A stretch of 64,000 bases of DNA. Origin: Podarcis vaucheri (Eukaryota). Below are positions 25,621 to 36,944 of this stretch, one piece after another. Within the stretch, counting starts at the first letter, position 1; every line of letters starts with the position of its first letter. Below the pieces are notes generated by a model. It was given only the letters and a program-made list of their open reading frames with translations. It did not search any database and was not told where the DNA came from. The position numbers and the translations under genes were made by a program. The stretch lies in NCBI GenBank assembly GCA_965113315.1, contig OZ220367.1; one strand, 5' to 3'.

Positions 25621-27569
25621 CATTTTTTGTATTTTAATATAGTTGTGGCCAAAATTATGCCAAAAACCCTTAAACAAAAATTCTGCATGAATTGTGTTTT
25701 TATTGGGGTGGCTTGGGGAGCTCAACACGCAACTGCACATGCTGCAGAGAAGCTTTGTGTGGCTTCGCCCAAGTCCCACAGGACTTCACCGAACCTGTGT
25801 CAAAGATGGCACTAGCTCTCAGGAAACCTCACATGACATTTTGCAAGACTTGAGGCGGAGGCCTATACGAGGTCCTCTTTCCATATAGCCTGGTCTCGTA
25901 ATCCTAGCAGCTGCTGTTGAGTCTGGTCAGCCAGCCAGGCCTAGCGGGAAGTGAGCACCCCCTGCAATCCTACCTACCAGAACAATTGCCACTGCTTCCT
26001 TTCCCTGTTGTGTGGCTGCTTCACTTTAGACAAAAGACAAACGGACCCGCTAGTGACGTTTTACATCCCAGCCATTGGTTTCAGCTAAAATGAAATGTTG
26101 TGGTTCGTTTGGAGTTCTTTGTCAAGCTGGAAGATCTGAGGATTTTCAAGGGAGTCAGAAAGAAAAGTGTAGTGACATTTGCTCTGGGGATTCTGCACAC
26201 TCCTCTCCTTTCTTATTAAATCATAGTTACAAGTCAGAAATGTGGGGACTAGATGAATCGTTTTTATCTATAAATAAAAACAAGGATTAAAAGCTGCCTT
26301 GCATGCATGTAATTACCAAGAAGGAAAGAAGTGACACCTGTGTAGTGTGAAGAGCTCCTCTACAGGATTCAACCCTACAGGCCAAGCCCTTTTTCAGGAT
26401 ATTGCCTTTCACTCCCTTTCCCAGTTTTCTGTCCTGTCCCTGCAGCAATCTGTGCTAATTCAGTATGTTTAACCCTTACTTTGTGGTTTTGTGTTTTCTT
26501 CGCCATTAGAGTTTTTAAAAAATGTATTACTGCAACCCCCACCTGACTTACTTCCTGTGCATACATGTGGTGCTATTTCATCTCCAGAAGGACTTACATT
26601 CAGAGAGTGAGCTTGCTATAAGTATATATTATTTCCCCCTCTGCACTGATAGGCAGATGATTTAATATATATTTTAATGACATCTCCCTGCTTGATTTCT
26701 ATCACATCTCAACAGCTGTTCAGAACTAATGTATTTCTCTCATTGAGCACAAATGCTATCACTAGGCGCCGTTTTCACATGTCAAGAACCTTTTAGCCCT
26801 CATTATGTTCTTATCTGCTAACATTTCTATGCTGCTGCTCAACACCAATGTGCTGTATAAATTGCCATCTTAATCAGTCTTCCTGCCCCATGTGTCGCGT
26901 TCTCAGGTTGCGCTAAAGCTTCCATGTATCTAAATATGTAATTGTACAGCTGGTGATATTATTTTTTAAGCGATGATTATTTCATCAATATTCCAAGGGT
27001 AGAACGTCTGCTGGCAACATGCCAGAGGTACTAGATCTTCATCTCCACAGGTCTCCCACCTCCTAGCAGATTACCATATTACTGAATTTTCTCAATATTT
27101 TCCCTCTCTGCTCCTGCCATCTGAATTCTTCACATCTCACATCATTCTGAAAGTGCAGCCTCTCCCCCCCCCTCCCCCGGTATCCTGTGTTTCATGAGGT
27201 GTTTTGTTTCCGATTCCATCTTTACAATCCTTACAAATGATTTCAGTGTTGTACCACTGTAAATGGTTCATTCTGTTCAGGAAGAGCTTAATGGCCTACT
27301 TTAGCTTAAAACGTCCTTGACATCCAACTTATTTGGTGCCTTAGGTTCTTGCATGGAAGGATTACTGTCTGTCCCAGCTACAGCTTAATCAAGACCCATT
27401 ATCAACACAGTGGGCTGACTTTCTTCACAGTTTATGGGAAATCAAATGGCTTAGCAGAGCTGCTGAGGATGGCGCACAAATGAAAGCGGGGAAGGAAATG
27501 ACAGAAATAAAATGACAAAACGGCGTATCATACCGAGTCCACTGCAGCATTAACGAAGGGATGCCATGC

Positions 27570-27938
27570 TAGGGATGGGAGGTAAATTTGGTTTGGTTAG
27601 CCTTTCAACATGAAACTACCTAATTTGTACTTTACAAAACTATACATGAGCTAAAACGGAGCTATCCTTCAGAATTCACACTTCTCTGAATTTTGCAATG
27701 TAGTTCTCCACCCAAGTAATGCATACAAAAATTTATATTGGGGAAAAGGGTGAAGAAAAATGTGCATATTAGCAAAAGCAGCACACAACATAGCTTTATA
27801 TTTGGAGGAATAAAAATGTGGATTTTAGAGAAATCATGCACTAAATTTCTGACAATGGAGAAATGTGGAGTATTGAACTTGAGATTGGGGAAATGAGAAA
27901 CTGAATTAAACCAAAATGGACAGATTTGCCCAGACCTA
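27570..27938 (+). mobile_element. Old dispersed repeat, same family as 11069-11350
   Basis: tagggatggg start, cccagaccta end (imperfect TIR). Confidence 0.55.
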
Positions 27939-28124
27939 TGTTACACTATTGTGGCTGATACCAAAATCTAACTTGCGCAATGCACTCTGTTTCTTGACTA
28001 AACAGGCATAACAGGGCAGGGCTTTACATAGACAGCTTGCAGGAGGCCCGTTCAGAAGAGGGGGCAGTTAGGTACCCTTGCGGAGAGCTAAGGTAGTTGG
28101 GGAGGGGGCCTACTAGGGACAAAC

Positions 28125-28949
28125 TGTTACGATATAGAAGCAATGCGGCCGCGAGCTGCTAGCTTGAAAGCAAAACATAATGGGAATGTTGGGACTGTTC
28201 TGTGGGAAACAGAGGGACAGTCTATTCACAGTGCGAAGCACTGGAATTAGCTCAGAGTGTAATATGAGCTGTACAGGAAGTACAGGAGGAGTTTGACTCT
28301 TGACTGCTGGAGTTTGAAGAGAGCAGTCGTGTTTTCTGCAACGCTGCAAAGACAGAAATAAAAGCATGTACCGTATTTTTCGCCCTATAAGACACACTTT
28401 TCCCCCTCCAAAAATGAAGGGGAAATGTGTGTGCGTCTTATGGGGTGAATGCAGGCTTTTGCTGAAGCCTGGAGAGCGAGGGGGGTCGGCTGAGCTCCGC
28501 ACGCCCCAAGCTTCAGGATTAGCGCAGCTGTCCGCTAGCCCTGGGAGAGGCGCCCGGCTCTCCCACAGCTAGCGGAGACCTTACCGGCACCCAGAAGCTT
28601 GGGGTGTGCTGAGCTCTGCACGCCCCAAGCTTTGGGATTAGCGCAGCGCACCTGGGGGGGGGAATAAATTTTTTTTCCTTTATTTCCCCCTCAAAAAACT
28701 AGGTGCGTCTTATGGGCCGGTGCGTCTTATGGGGCGAAAAATACGGTAAATACTTTTCTGTCTATCTCTTTTCCCTGCCCGGGGGGGGGGCAGGAAAGAG
28801 GGGGTGTGTCATTCTCACGCCGAGAAGGATCGCCTATCGCGACCTAGCCTGTATCCTGCCGGGGAATGCAGACAGGGAGGTCAACCGGAGATCAAGCCAG
28901 GTGCCTGGAGAGTGGTCAGTTTCTCCTGATAAAGGCTTGATTCCCAACA
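28125..28949 (+). mobile_element. Solo LTR (~447 bp without the nested MITE)
   Basis: TGTT...AACA termini, 5-bp TSD caaac (28120-24 and 28950-54), internal AATAAA at ~28357; shares the cccaaca end and an aataaaa..tgtaaata motif with the 34675 LTR. Confidence 0.82.
28371..28746 (+). mobile_element. Tc2/pogo-type MITE with GC-rich interior, nested in the solo LTR
   Basis: TIR CCGTATTTTTCGCCC, TA TSD. Confidence 0.9.
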
Positions 28950-28991
28950 CAAACTGCTTCTTTGTTTGAGTTTATAACTTTATTCTAAAAA

Positions 28992-29273
28992 GTGGGTGTG
29001 GGTGGTGCTGTGGTCTAAACCACTGAGGCACTTGGGTTTGCTGATCAGAAGGTCAGCAGTTCGAATCCCGGCAATGGAGTGAGCTCCTGTTGCTCTGTCC
29101 CAGCTCCTGCCAACCTAGCAGTTCGAAAGCACACCAGTGCAAGTAGATAAATAGGTACCGCAGTGGTGGAAAGGTAAACGGCTCTGGTTTCTGTCATGGT
29201 GTTCTATTGTGCCAGAAGTGGTTTAGTCATGCTGGCCACATGACCCGGAAAGCCTTTAGCCTAACCTTGTACC
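28992..29273 (+). mobile_element. Sauria SINE, internally deleted
   Basis: Colinear with 4643-5011; TSD ttattctaa(a/c)aag. Confidence 0.8.
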
Positions 29274-29640
29274 TTATTCTAACAAGATTCTACCACCCCG
29301 GGCCTTAGACAAGCTGCATGGGCTTGGCTTACAGTCTAACTTCTCAATCCTGCCCCCTGCTGTAGATGTTACAGCACAAGCAGTGGCAACAGCTACTACC
29401 ACAGCATCCCACATGAATCCAGTAGACATATTTATTACTTGGTAGCACCCAGGCTTCAGAGTGCTCTGTCAGGTCTGAGTCACTATGCTTGTATCATGAG
29501 GTGGAGAATCCATCTTGCAGGAAGGTGTCCTCACATCACACACGCGAGAGATGTCTGAGTTCATATACAATGGTTTGATCCTTGTACACTGCAATAATAG
29601 TGCATACCAACAAATGTCTCCAGATGTTATTGGACTAAAG

Positions 29641-29776
29641 CAGTGATGGCCAAACTTGGCCCTCCAGCTGTTTTGGGACTACAACTCCCATCATCCCTAG
29701 CTGACAGGACCAGTGGTCAGGGATGATGGGAATTATAGTCCCAAAACAGCTGGAGGGCTGAGTTTGGCTATCACTG
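29641..29776. mobile_element. Palindromic hAT MITE nested in an older related element (~29615-29872)
   Basis: TIR CAGTGATGGCCAAACT / AGTTTGGCTATCACTG; near-complete fold-back; TSD gactaaag/gactacaa (6/8). Confidence 0.82.
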
Positions 29777-30214
29777 GACTACAACTCCAATCATCCCTGA
29801 CCATTGTCAGTGCTGACTGAGGCTGATGAATGACACATCCACAGTTGGAGGACTACAGGTTTCCCATCCCTGCTCTAGAAGTATTAGTTGCTTCAACTGT
29901 TGCTGGCACCTTGCTGGTCCTGTGGCATCTCCAGCTCTGGCTTCCCATGGCAGCTGTTGCCCACAGATATGAATATGTGGAACATGGGCTCTTGAACACA
30001 AGGCTGCCATTTTGCTGAAAGTAAGCAGTTCTGGCTTTGGTCAGTGCCTGGATGGGTTGCTGCCTGAGAAACACATGTTTACCATATTGGGTTCTGTGAT
30101 AGAAAAAGGCAGGAAATATAGGGAGGATTAATAATCAACATGTTTTAAAGATAGATTTTCATCACTGCAGCAAATGTTATACAGTATACAGTACTAGGTA
30201 CATAACTATAGTGA

Positions 30215-30232
30215 AAGAAGAAGAAGAAGAAG

Positions 30233-30264
<32 letters not shown>

Positions 30265-30518
30265 GTAGTAGTAGTAGTAGTAGTAGTTTGGATTTGATAT
30301 CCCGCCTTTCACTCCCCTTCAGGAGTCTCAAAGCGGCTAACATTCTCCTTTCCGTTCCTCCCCCACAACAAACACTCTGTGAGGTGAGTGGGGCTGAGAG
30401 ACTTCAAAGAAGTGTGACTGGCCCAAGGTCACCCAGCAGCTGCATGTGGAGGAGCGGAGACGCGAACCCTGTTCCCCAGATTAGGAGACTACCGCTCTTA
30501 ACCACTACACCACACTAG
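30215..30518 (-). mobile_element. CORE-SINE (MIR-related, Squam3-like) with (GAA)n(GTA)n tail
   Basis: Minus strand gtgtggtgtagtggttaagagc head; CORE-like gtgaccttgggccagtcac...ctctcagccccactcacctcacagagtgtttgttgtg; microsatellite 30215-30286. Confidence 0.8.
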
Positions 30519-33493
30519 GTGATTTTAGTATTTTAAAACAGTAAGCTTTATAAGCTTTATAAATGGATGCTTGCTCATTTCTGAGTCCTGGATTCTACCC
30601 CCCTGCCAGCCTACATACATTTGCAGAATAAAAAAGTTACTTTCTCATAGAGCTTTGTATAGAACAGTAGGGAACAGTACCAATGAGGCATAGAAATTTA
30701 ATAGAAGTCAATAAGCAAAAGATGTGAAATTCAAACTCAATATTAAAATAATCTAACAAACCATAAACAGCCAAATTACCTCTTGGCATGAATCAATTAT
30801 CACTGAGTCCATTGAATTATTTTGCAGAAGTCGCAACAAAAAGCCTTCTATTTTCTGCTTGGAAAAATATTGCCATCAGTGGTTTGTCATGGGAAAATGA
30901 AAACTTGCAATGAAAATTCTGGTACTATATTGAGAAATGGAAACATTTCAGTTTGGATCAACATTCCTTCACGGCAGTGAAATGAACTGTTCAGAATAAT
31001 GCCGCCGCCATACTTTTCAGAGTTATTTTTAATTCAGAAAGATTTAATTTTGCTTAGGTGGCTGTCAAGTTCAAAATTCATAGAAGATCATTGTCATGGC
31101 AAGTTTATCTTAAAGCTAAAAGGCAAACTAAAACTATCATTCTTAAAAGGTAAATCAAAACCTGTGGGGAAATTACATCTGTCTTAACCCCCCAGCATTC
31201 TGTTAGCCAATTTGATGGAGCATCAGAGATGTCGAAGGGTGGAAAATTGAACCTGTTCTCTTCTCCCTGCACCACTGAAGTTAATAGACAATATTAAGTA
31301 TTTTCATTGGGTTTACTCTAAGTTGGCCACAACCCCAACTTACAAGTCTCTCATTGTCAGCTGATACGAAAATATGTCAGTGGAATAGCACAGCTCCTTG
31401 CATCTTTTGAATCTCCTTCAAGATGTAGCTCTGGGGATGAGGCTGCCATGGTAAGTTCCTGTGTGTCAATATTTACCGCTACACCACTGCCTTTGTCGTA
31501 AACAAAACTCCCCAATTAACATAGTTAGGGTGGGTCTATGAGTCTCCAGTCTCGAAAGCTGAAACTGCTTTCATCTGACTGGACCTTCAGAATTCAATTC
31601 CATCGTAATTGATTTGAGACATGTAACACCGGCGCGTCTTCACTGTTCATTTGCCCCAGTCCTCTGAACTATTTTGTTGCTGTTTCCTGAGTTTGTTCCT
31701 GTTGGCCAATAAAACTGAAATCATGTGGGAATCATGCGGGGACATAAAAAAGCCTGCAGGGAAGACACTTTGATTGAATTACATCTCAAAACTGAAGATA
31801 AATTCTTTCTTTGTTATACCCAAGTGCCCAGTGTCAACTCTACAGTTTGTTCATCTTCCAAATGGATATATCCCTGAAGTCTACAATCTGTTTTTCATTT
31901 CAGGTAAATAAATTCCCGTTTCCTGATGTTGTGCTTCCTGAAAGTGAAGCATATTTTTCTTGATCAAGGCACATGGGGGAAGGGTGGGTTGTGGGGTTAA
32001 AAAAAAAGAACCAAGCAAATATTACCTGGTTAGCTTTTCTACGCAGAATGAAATGTGTACCCCTAGATTTGGGCTTTAAAAACAAATGAATATAGAATGC
32101 TTTCAACTGTGAGAACTGTAAATGTAATAGAAATTTCAACTTTTGAACAGTGTAGGGTATTATTTCTTGCAGGTCTTCCATCTTAAGCGTGTATTTGAAG
32201 TTTTGTCCAGGTGTTTTCAGTGATACAATAACTTTGTGGCATGAATGGTAAGCAATGATGTTCTTGGAAGCATACACAAGTAATAATTGATCCTTAATTT
32301 CCTTCCAATTAGTTCCTTAAAAAACCATTAAGCACTCTCAAAAAAAAGGAGAAGTTTAGCCCCCTTTTCATAGAATTGCTCTTCTCAGTTGGCAGATAAG
32401 GAGGGTTATATCAGATATTGATAAATCATTTAATTTGTAAGCTGGAAGTAGCCGAATTGAAGCCAATTGATTCACAGGAAGGCAACAAAAAAACAAACCC
32501 ACAGCCTGTATTTTGCTTTCCATGTTCTGGATCTTCACTCTTGAAAATAGAACTTTGGGCTTCTTCTCTGTGGATAATAACTGTTTGCTGCATAGATCCA
32601 GGAGAACCCACCCAAAGTACATGGAGGTAATGGCTCCCCAACAGCAAATACTTCCATGGCCCTTAGAATTCTATGGTTGCCCCCACCCTCGCAAAAAAAG
32701 ATCTCCCTGACCTGCCTATGCCTTCTGTGATATCATAATTTCTAAACCAATCACAGGCAGGGGGGAATACTCTGCCCAACCCCACATGCAAACAAAGCAG
32801 ATCAGTTATTGAGCAATATGTATAGCTCATGAGCTGTGAAGTGCTAATTTTGTGTAAAGCTCTGTTTATCACTTTTCAGAAGGCTAACTTTTTACAGATT
32901 CATGGCATCAACATGCCAAAAATTGCTATTATTGTGTGGATTTATTTTCACCAGCCAAGTAAGGTTTTGTTTTCACATTGTTTTTCAGTACATGAATATT
33001 TAAGTCTATTTTGCATAGTACGTTGTGAGAAAGATGGCTGTGATGAGGTCAATGGGGATTTAGCTTTTAATTTTAACAGAAAGATGTTTTATCCCAGTAA
33101 TTTCAGTACCAGGCTTCTCAATACGCTTCTGTGGTGTTCAGCTTTGCGTTGCGATTAGTGGGCATCACCATAACAAACATTGGTATGAATGGTAATTTTA
33201 AGCCATTACTCTTGTGTGAACAAGTGAAATGAACCTCATCCTATAATAGTCCATGTTCATTGTTTTACGAGCATGATCTGCTGCTTATATCTGTAAGGCT
33301 GGCTTTATTATTTGTCAGAAATAGGCGAAATGGCCATCTTAGGAAGCAAATGGTTGGTGGGGGGGAGAGGAAATGGCAGCAAGGTGTTGGAGGACAGTGC
33401 TGTGTATCTGCTCTACACTCTATAAGGTAGCCTGCGGACCTCAGGTGCAATGGAGGATGCATTGTTGAACTAAGATGTCACTGTTGGCCCAGT

Positions 33494-34135
33494 TACAGAT
33501 AGGTAGCCGTGTTGGTCTGCCATAGTCAAAATAAAAAATTCCTTCCAGTAGCACCTTAAAGACCAACTAAGTTAGTTCTTGGTATGAGCTTTCGTGTGCA
33601 TGCACACTTCTTCAGATACACTGAAACAGAAGTTGCCAGACCCTTCTATATAGTGAGAAGGTGGGGAGGGGTATTACTCAGAAGGGTGGTGGGAATGGAA
33701 GATTGGCAGATAGCTGAGATGAGCCTGTTGACGACTCTTAACGACTGTAATAGGTCTTACAGGAAAAGGCAAGGGGTGAAGAGGTGAGAAATGGCTTAGT
33801 CATGTATAATGAGATAAGAATCCAATGTCTTTGTTCAGACCAGGTCTCTCCATGGTTTTAAGTTTGGTAATGAGTTGCAATTCAGCAGCTTCTCTTTCCA
33901 GTCTATTTCTGAAATTCCTTTGTAGTAAAACAGCTACTTTGAGATCTTGTATAGAATGTCCTGGGAGATTGAAGTGTTCTCCTACTGGTTTCTCTGTTTT
34001 GTGAATCTTGATGTCAGATTTATGTCCGTTTATTCTTTGGCGTAAGGTTTGGCCTGTTTGTCCAATATAGAGAGCTGAAGGACACTGTTGGCATTTGATG
34101 GCATACACAATGTTGGCATTTGATGGCATACACAA
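33494..34135 (-). mobile_element. Penelope-like element 3' fragment (GIY-YIG endonuclease C-terminus and pLTR with hammerhead)
   Basis: NIVYAIKCQQCPSALYIGQTGQTLRQRINGHKSDI...HF...E..LI...GLN, a PLE GIY-YIG domain; 12-bp TSD tgttggcccagt (33482-93 and 34136-47). Confidence 0.92.
33582..33619 (-). ncRNA. Minimal type I hammerhead ribozyme in the Penelope pLTR
   Basis: Minus strand GUAU-CUGAAGA-A-GUGUGCAUGCACAC-GAAA-GCUC^AUAC, identical core to 13572-13609. Confidence 0.82.
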
Positions 34136-34418
34136 TGTTGGCCCAGTCATTTAGAAATCACATGAAGTAGGGAGATCACCATCTGGTTCTTTGCTCGAGG
34201 TGGTAAAATGTCTTGAGCTGGCCCCATGTTCTTATACTTGAGATAACAGCTGTTGAAATTATCTGAAGTATGTTGCCTCAGACCAGAATCTTTGATGCTT
34301 TGAACGTTAGGACACTGACCACAAACTGTTGTGCTGTACTATTCCCTTCTTTTCCTTGGCACCAACAAAAGCAACTCAAGTCTGACCAAACCCAGTTATA
34401 CCTGAGTTCCTTGCAATG

Positions 34419-34612
34419 CACTGGCGGAGGAAGGTGAGTGCGGTGGGTGTGATCCACCCGGGGTGTCGTCCCTGGGGGGGGTGACATCACTGTGCCGCCC
34501 CCCTGGGATGCTCAACACAGGTGGTGCACCCCTGCGATGCTCACCTGGCCCCCACGGGCACCTAGCCCTGCCCCCACCACTCCAGGTGCTGGTGCAGCTA
34601 GCTCTGCCACTG
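34419..34612. mobile_element. Non-autonomous hAT element, GC-rich
   Basis: TIR CACTGGCGGAG / CTCTGCCACTG; TSD ttgcaatg/ttgcagtg (7/8). Confidence 0.75.
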
Positions 34613-34674
34613 TTGCAGTGCTGCCATTTTAGTTGATCTTAGGCCTATCTTCATCCCACTCCTTTATTGTTAAC

Positions 34675-35060
34675 TGTTAGGATATTTCCGTTCCACCTTA
34701 AAAGGGAGCAGGCTTTGTGAGTCAGAGTCTGCGTATTTCCTGTTTCACAGGATGTTGTTGTGTCTTTTGTTTTCGCTCTCTCTGTGTCTGGAGACACTGA
34801 AGCAGGCAGTCATGTTTTTTTGTTTTGTTTTTTTGTTCTGATCAACGCTGAATAAAACTTGTAAATAATGCTCTCCTGAGTGCGACTTTTGCTGTGCATT
34901 ATCTGCTGATAGAGTGTGCATGAGCTCTGGAATGTGGCAAGCTATTTCTGGAAGCTTGTGTCGCTAATTGCTGATACTGTATCTACGGGAGATCGATGGA
35001 TCGTCCGGCAGCCGGCTTGGGGGCCATGATGGACTTTGTCTCCCTGGCAGTATCCCAACA
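34675..35060 (+). mobile_element. Solo LTR (386 bp)
   Basis: TGTTAGGATA...TATCCCAACA termini, 5-bp TSD ttaac, AATAAA at ~34851; homologous copy at 58428-58810. Confidence 0.9.
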
Positions 35061-35124
35061 TTAACATGTGTTTGCTTTCCCCTGCATTCCATTCTAATGA
35101 TGATAAAAATTTTGGGAACATCCC

Positions 35125-35272
35125 TAGTAAGTGCACCTCCCTCAGGAAGTGATGGAGTTTTTTTAAGTTGGATGACCATCTGTTATGGATGCTTTACTTG
35201 AGATTCCTGCACTGCAGGAGGTTAGACTAGATGACCCTTGGGTCCCCTGCAACTCCAGTGTTCTGTTATTCT
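35125..35272 (+). mobile_element. Old CR1 3' end
   Basis: ...ggttagactagatgacccttgggtcccctgcaactcc...ttcta CR1-type terminus. Confidence 0.6.
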
Positions 35273-36304
35273 AGTCTACATGCCAGCAATGAGCTGCATA
35301 TCTGTGGCTCCCACAAAAGGCACCTAACTCCAGCTGCTCTGTGGGCTCGTAGCGGTAGTAGTTGTTGCACAGAAACTCAAGATGCCTGGGTTTTGCAGAG
35401 TTTCAGATACCTGCCTGCACGGTTTTTTGTGGACCCCACCCTTGGTCTCTTTAAAAACTTGTATCGCATTTTATTCTGTTTCTTTATGGCATGCACGATA
35501 AACAAATTGAGTTTGCAGCATAGTTTAAAGATGAGCTGTTAGCCACAGAAAAAGCACACAATCAGGAAACTATACTGTTATGACGTTTTGGTTGGTTGCC
35601 AGAAACAGCTAGAATATTTTTATTGCACATCATAAAAAAATAATAATGAATGTGAGGATAGAAAACTCATATAATCTACCCCAAAGCCTGTGTCTTTTTA
35701 CAACAGCCTTGCAGATAAGAGGAAAAACAATCAAGTAGCCCACACCTCTCAAATAAAATGTCATTGATCTATAAATCCCTTCCTACTAACAAAGGCATTT
35801 TACGCCTGGCCTAGACACCACTACTTCCTTGGCAGAACCTACAATTTATCTGTAACCAGAACCCAGCAAAAGGGCTGAGACTTTTAGTTTTCCTGCCCAT
35901 GCTCCAGGAGAAGCCCTCCGGGGCTTGTATCCCAGTTACAGAAGAATGTGAGCCTTCACAAAAAATACTCTCTGATGAGGGCAGGGTGGCAGATGCAGCA
36001 CAGCCCAAACAAACCAAGGTCAAGAAACAGAATTGGTCTAGATCCAAATGTGACCCTGAGACAAAGTCAGGCAACAGCCCAAGGTCGTTATCGCAGGGAG
36101 TTCAGGCAACGTACAACACAACAAGGCAGGGAAATGAGAATCGGGGACTTGCAGCCAGGGACCTGTGGGATGTCTGGTTCATTCTCTTAAGGTCAAAGCT
36201 AAGAAAACTACCCAAAAATCTGGGAGCCCAGATTTTCCTGTCCTCTGCCATTCTTACATGGCCCAAGACATTTTGCTACCTAGGGCAAAGGGACAGATGA
36301 CACC

Positions 36305-36944
36305 TAGAATCATAGAATCATAGAATCATAGAATCATAGAATTGGAAGAGACCACAAGGGCCATCGAGTCCAACCCCCTGCCAAGCAGGAAACACCATCA
36401 GAACACTCCTGACATATGGTTGTCAAGCCTCTGCTTAAAGACCCCCAAAGAAGGAGACTCCACCACACTCCTTGGCAGCAAATTCCACTGTCGAACAGCT
36501 CTTACTGTCAGGAAGTTCTTCCGAATGTTTAGGTGGAATCTTCTTTCTTGTAGTTTGGATCCATTGCTCCGTGTCCGCTTCTCTGGAGCAGCAGAAAACA
36601 ACCTTTCTCCCTCCTCTATGTGACATCCTTTTATATATTTGAACATGGCTATCATATCACCCCTTAACCTCCTCTTCTCTAGGCTAAACATGCCCAATTC
36701 CCTTAGCCGTTCCTCATAAGGCATCGTTTCCAGGCCTTTGACCATTTTGGTTGCCCTCCCCTGGACACGTTCCAGTTTGTCAGTGTCCTTCTTGAACTGT
36801 GGTGCCCAGAACTGGACACAGTACTCCAGGTGAGGTCTGACCAGAGCAGAATACAGTGGCACTATTACTTCCCTTGATCTAGATGCTATACTCCTATTGA
36901 TGCAGCCCAGAATTGCATTGGCTTTTTTAGCTGCCGCGTCACAC
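36305..36944 (-). mobile_element. Young CR1 LINE, 5'-truncated
   Basis: Open ORF2 end [26 protein letters not shown]...; (TAGAATCA)n tail; about 13 mismatches by eye versus the 14144 copy over ~570 bp. Confidence 0.95.

Noticed and set aside
27939-28124. Alternative LTR start at tgttacac (27939)
   Set aside because: No matching TSD, whereas the 28125 start gives a perfect caaac TSD
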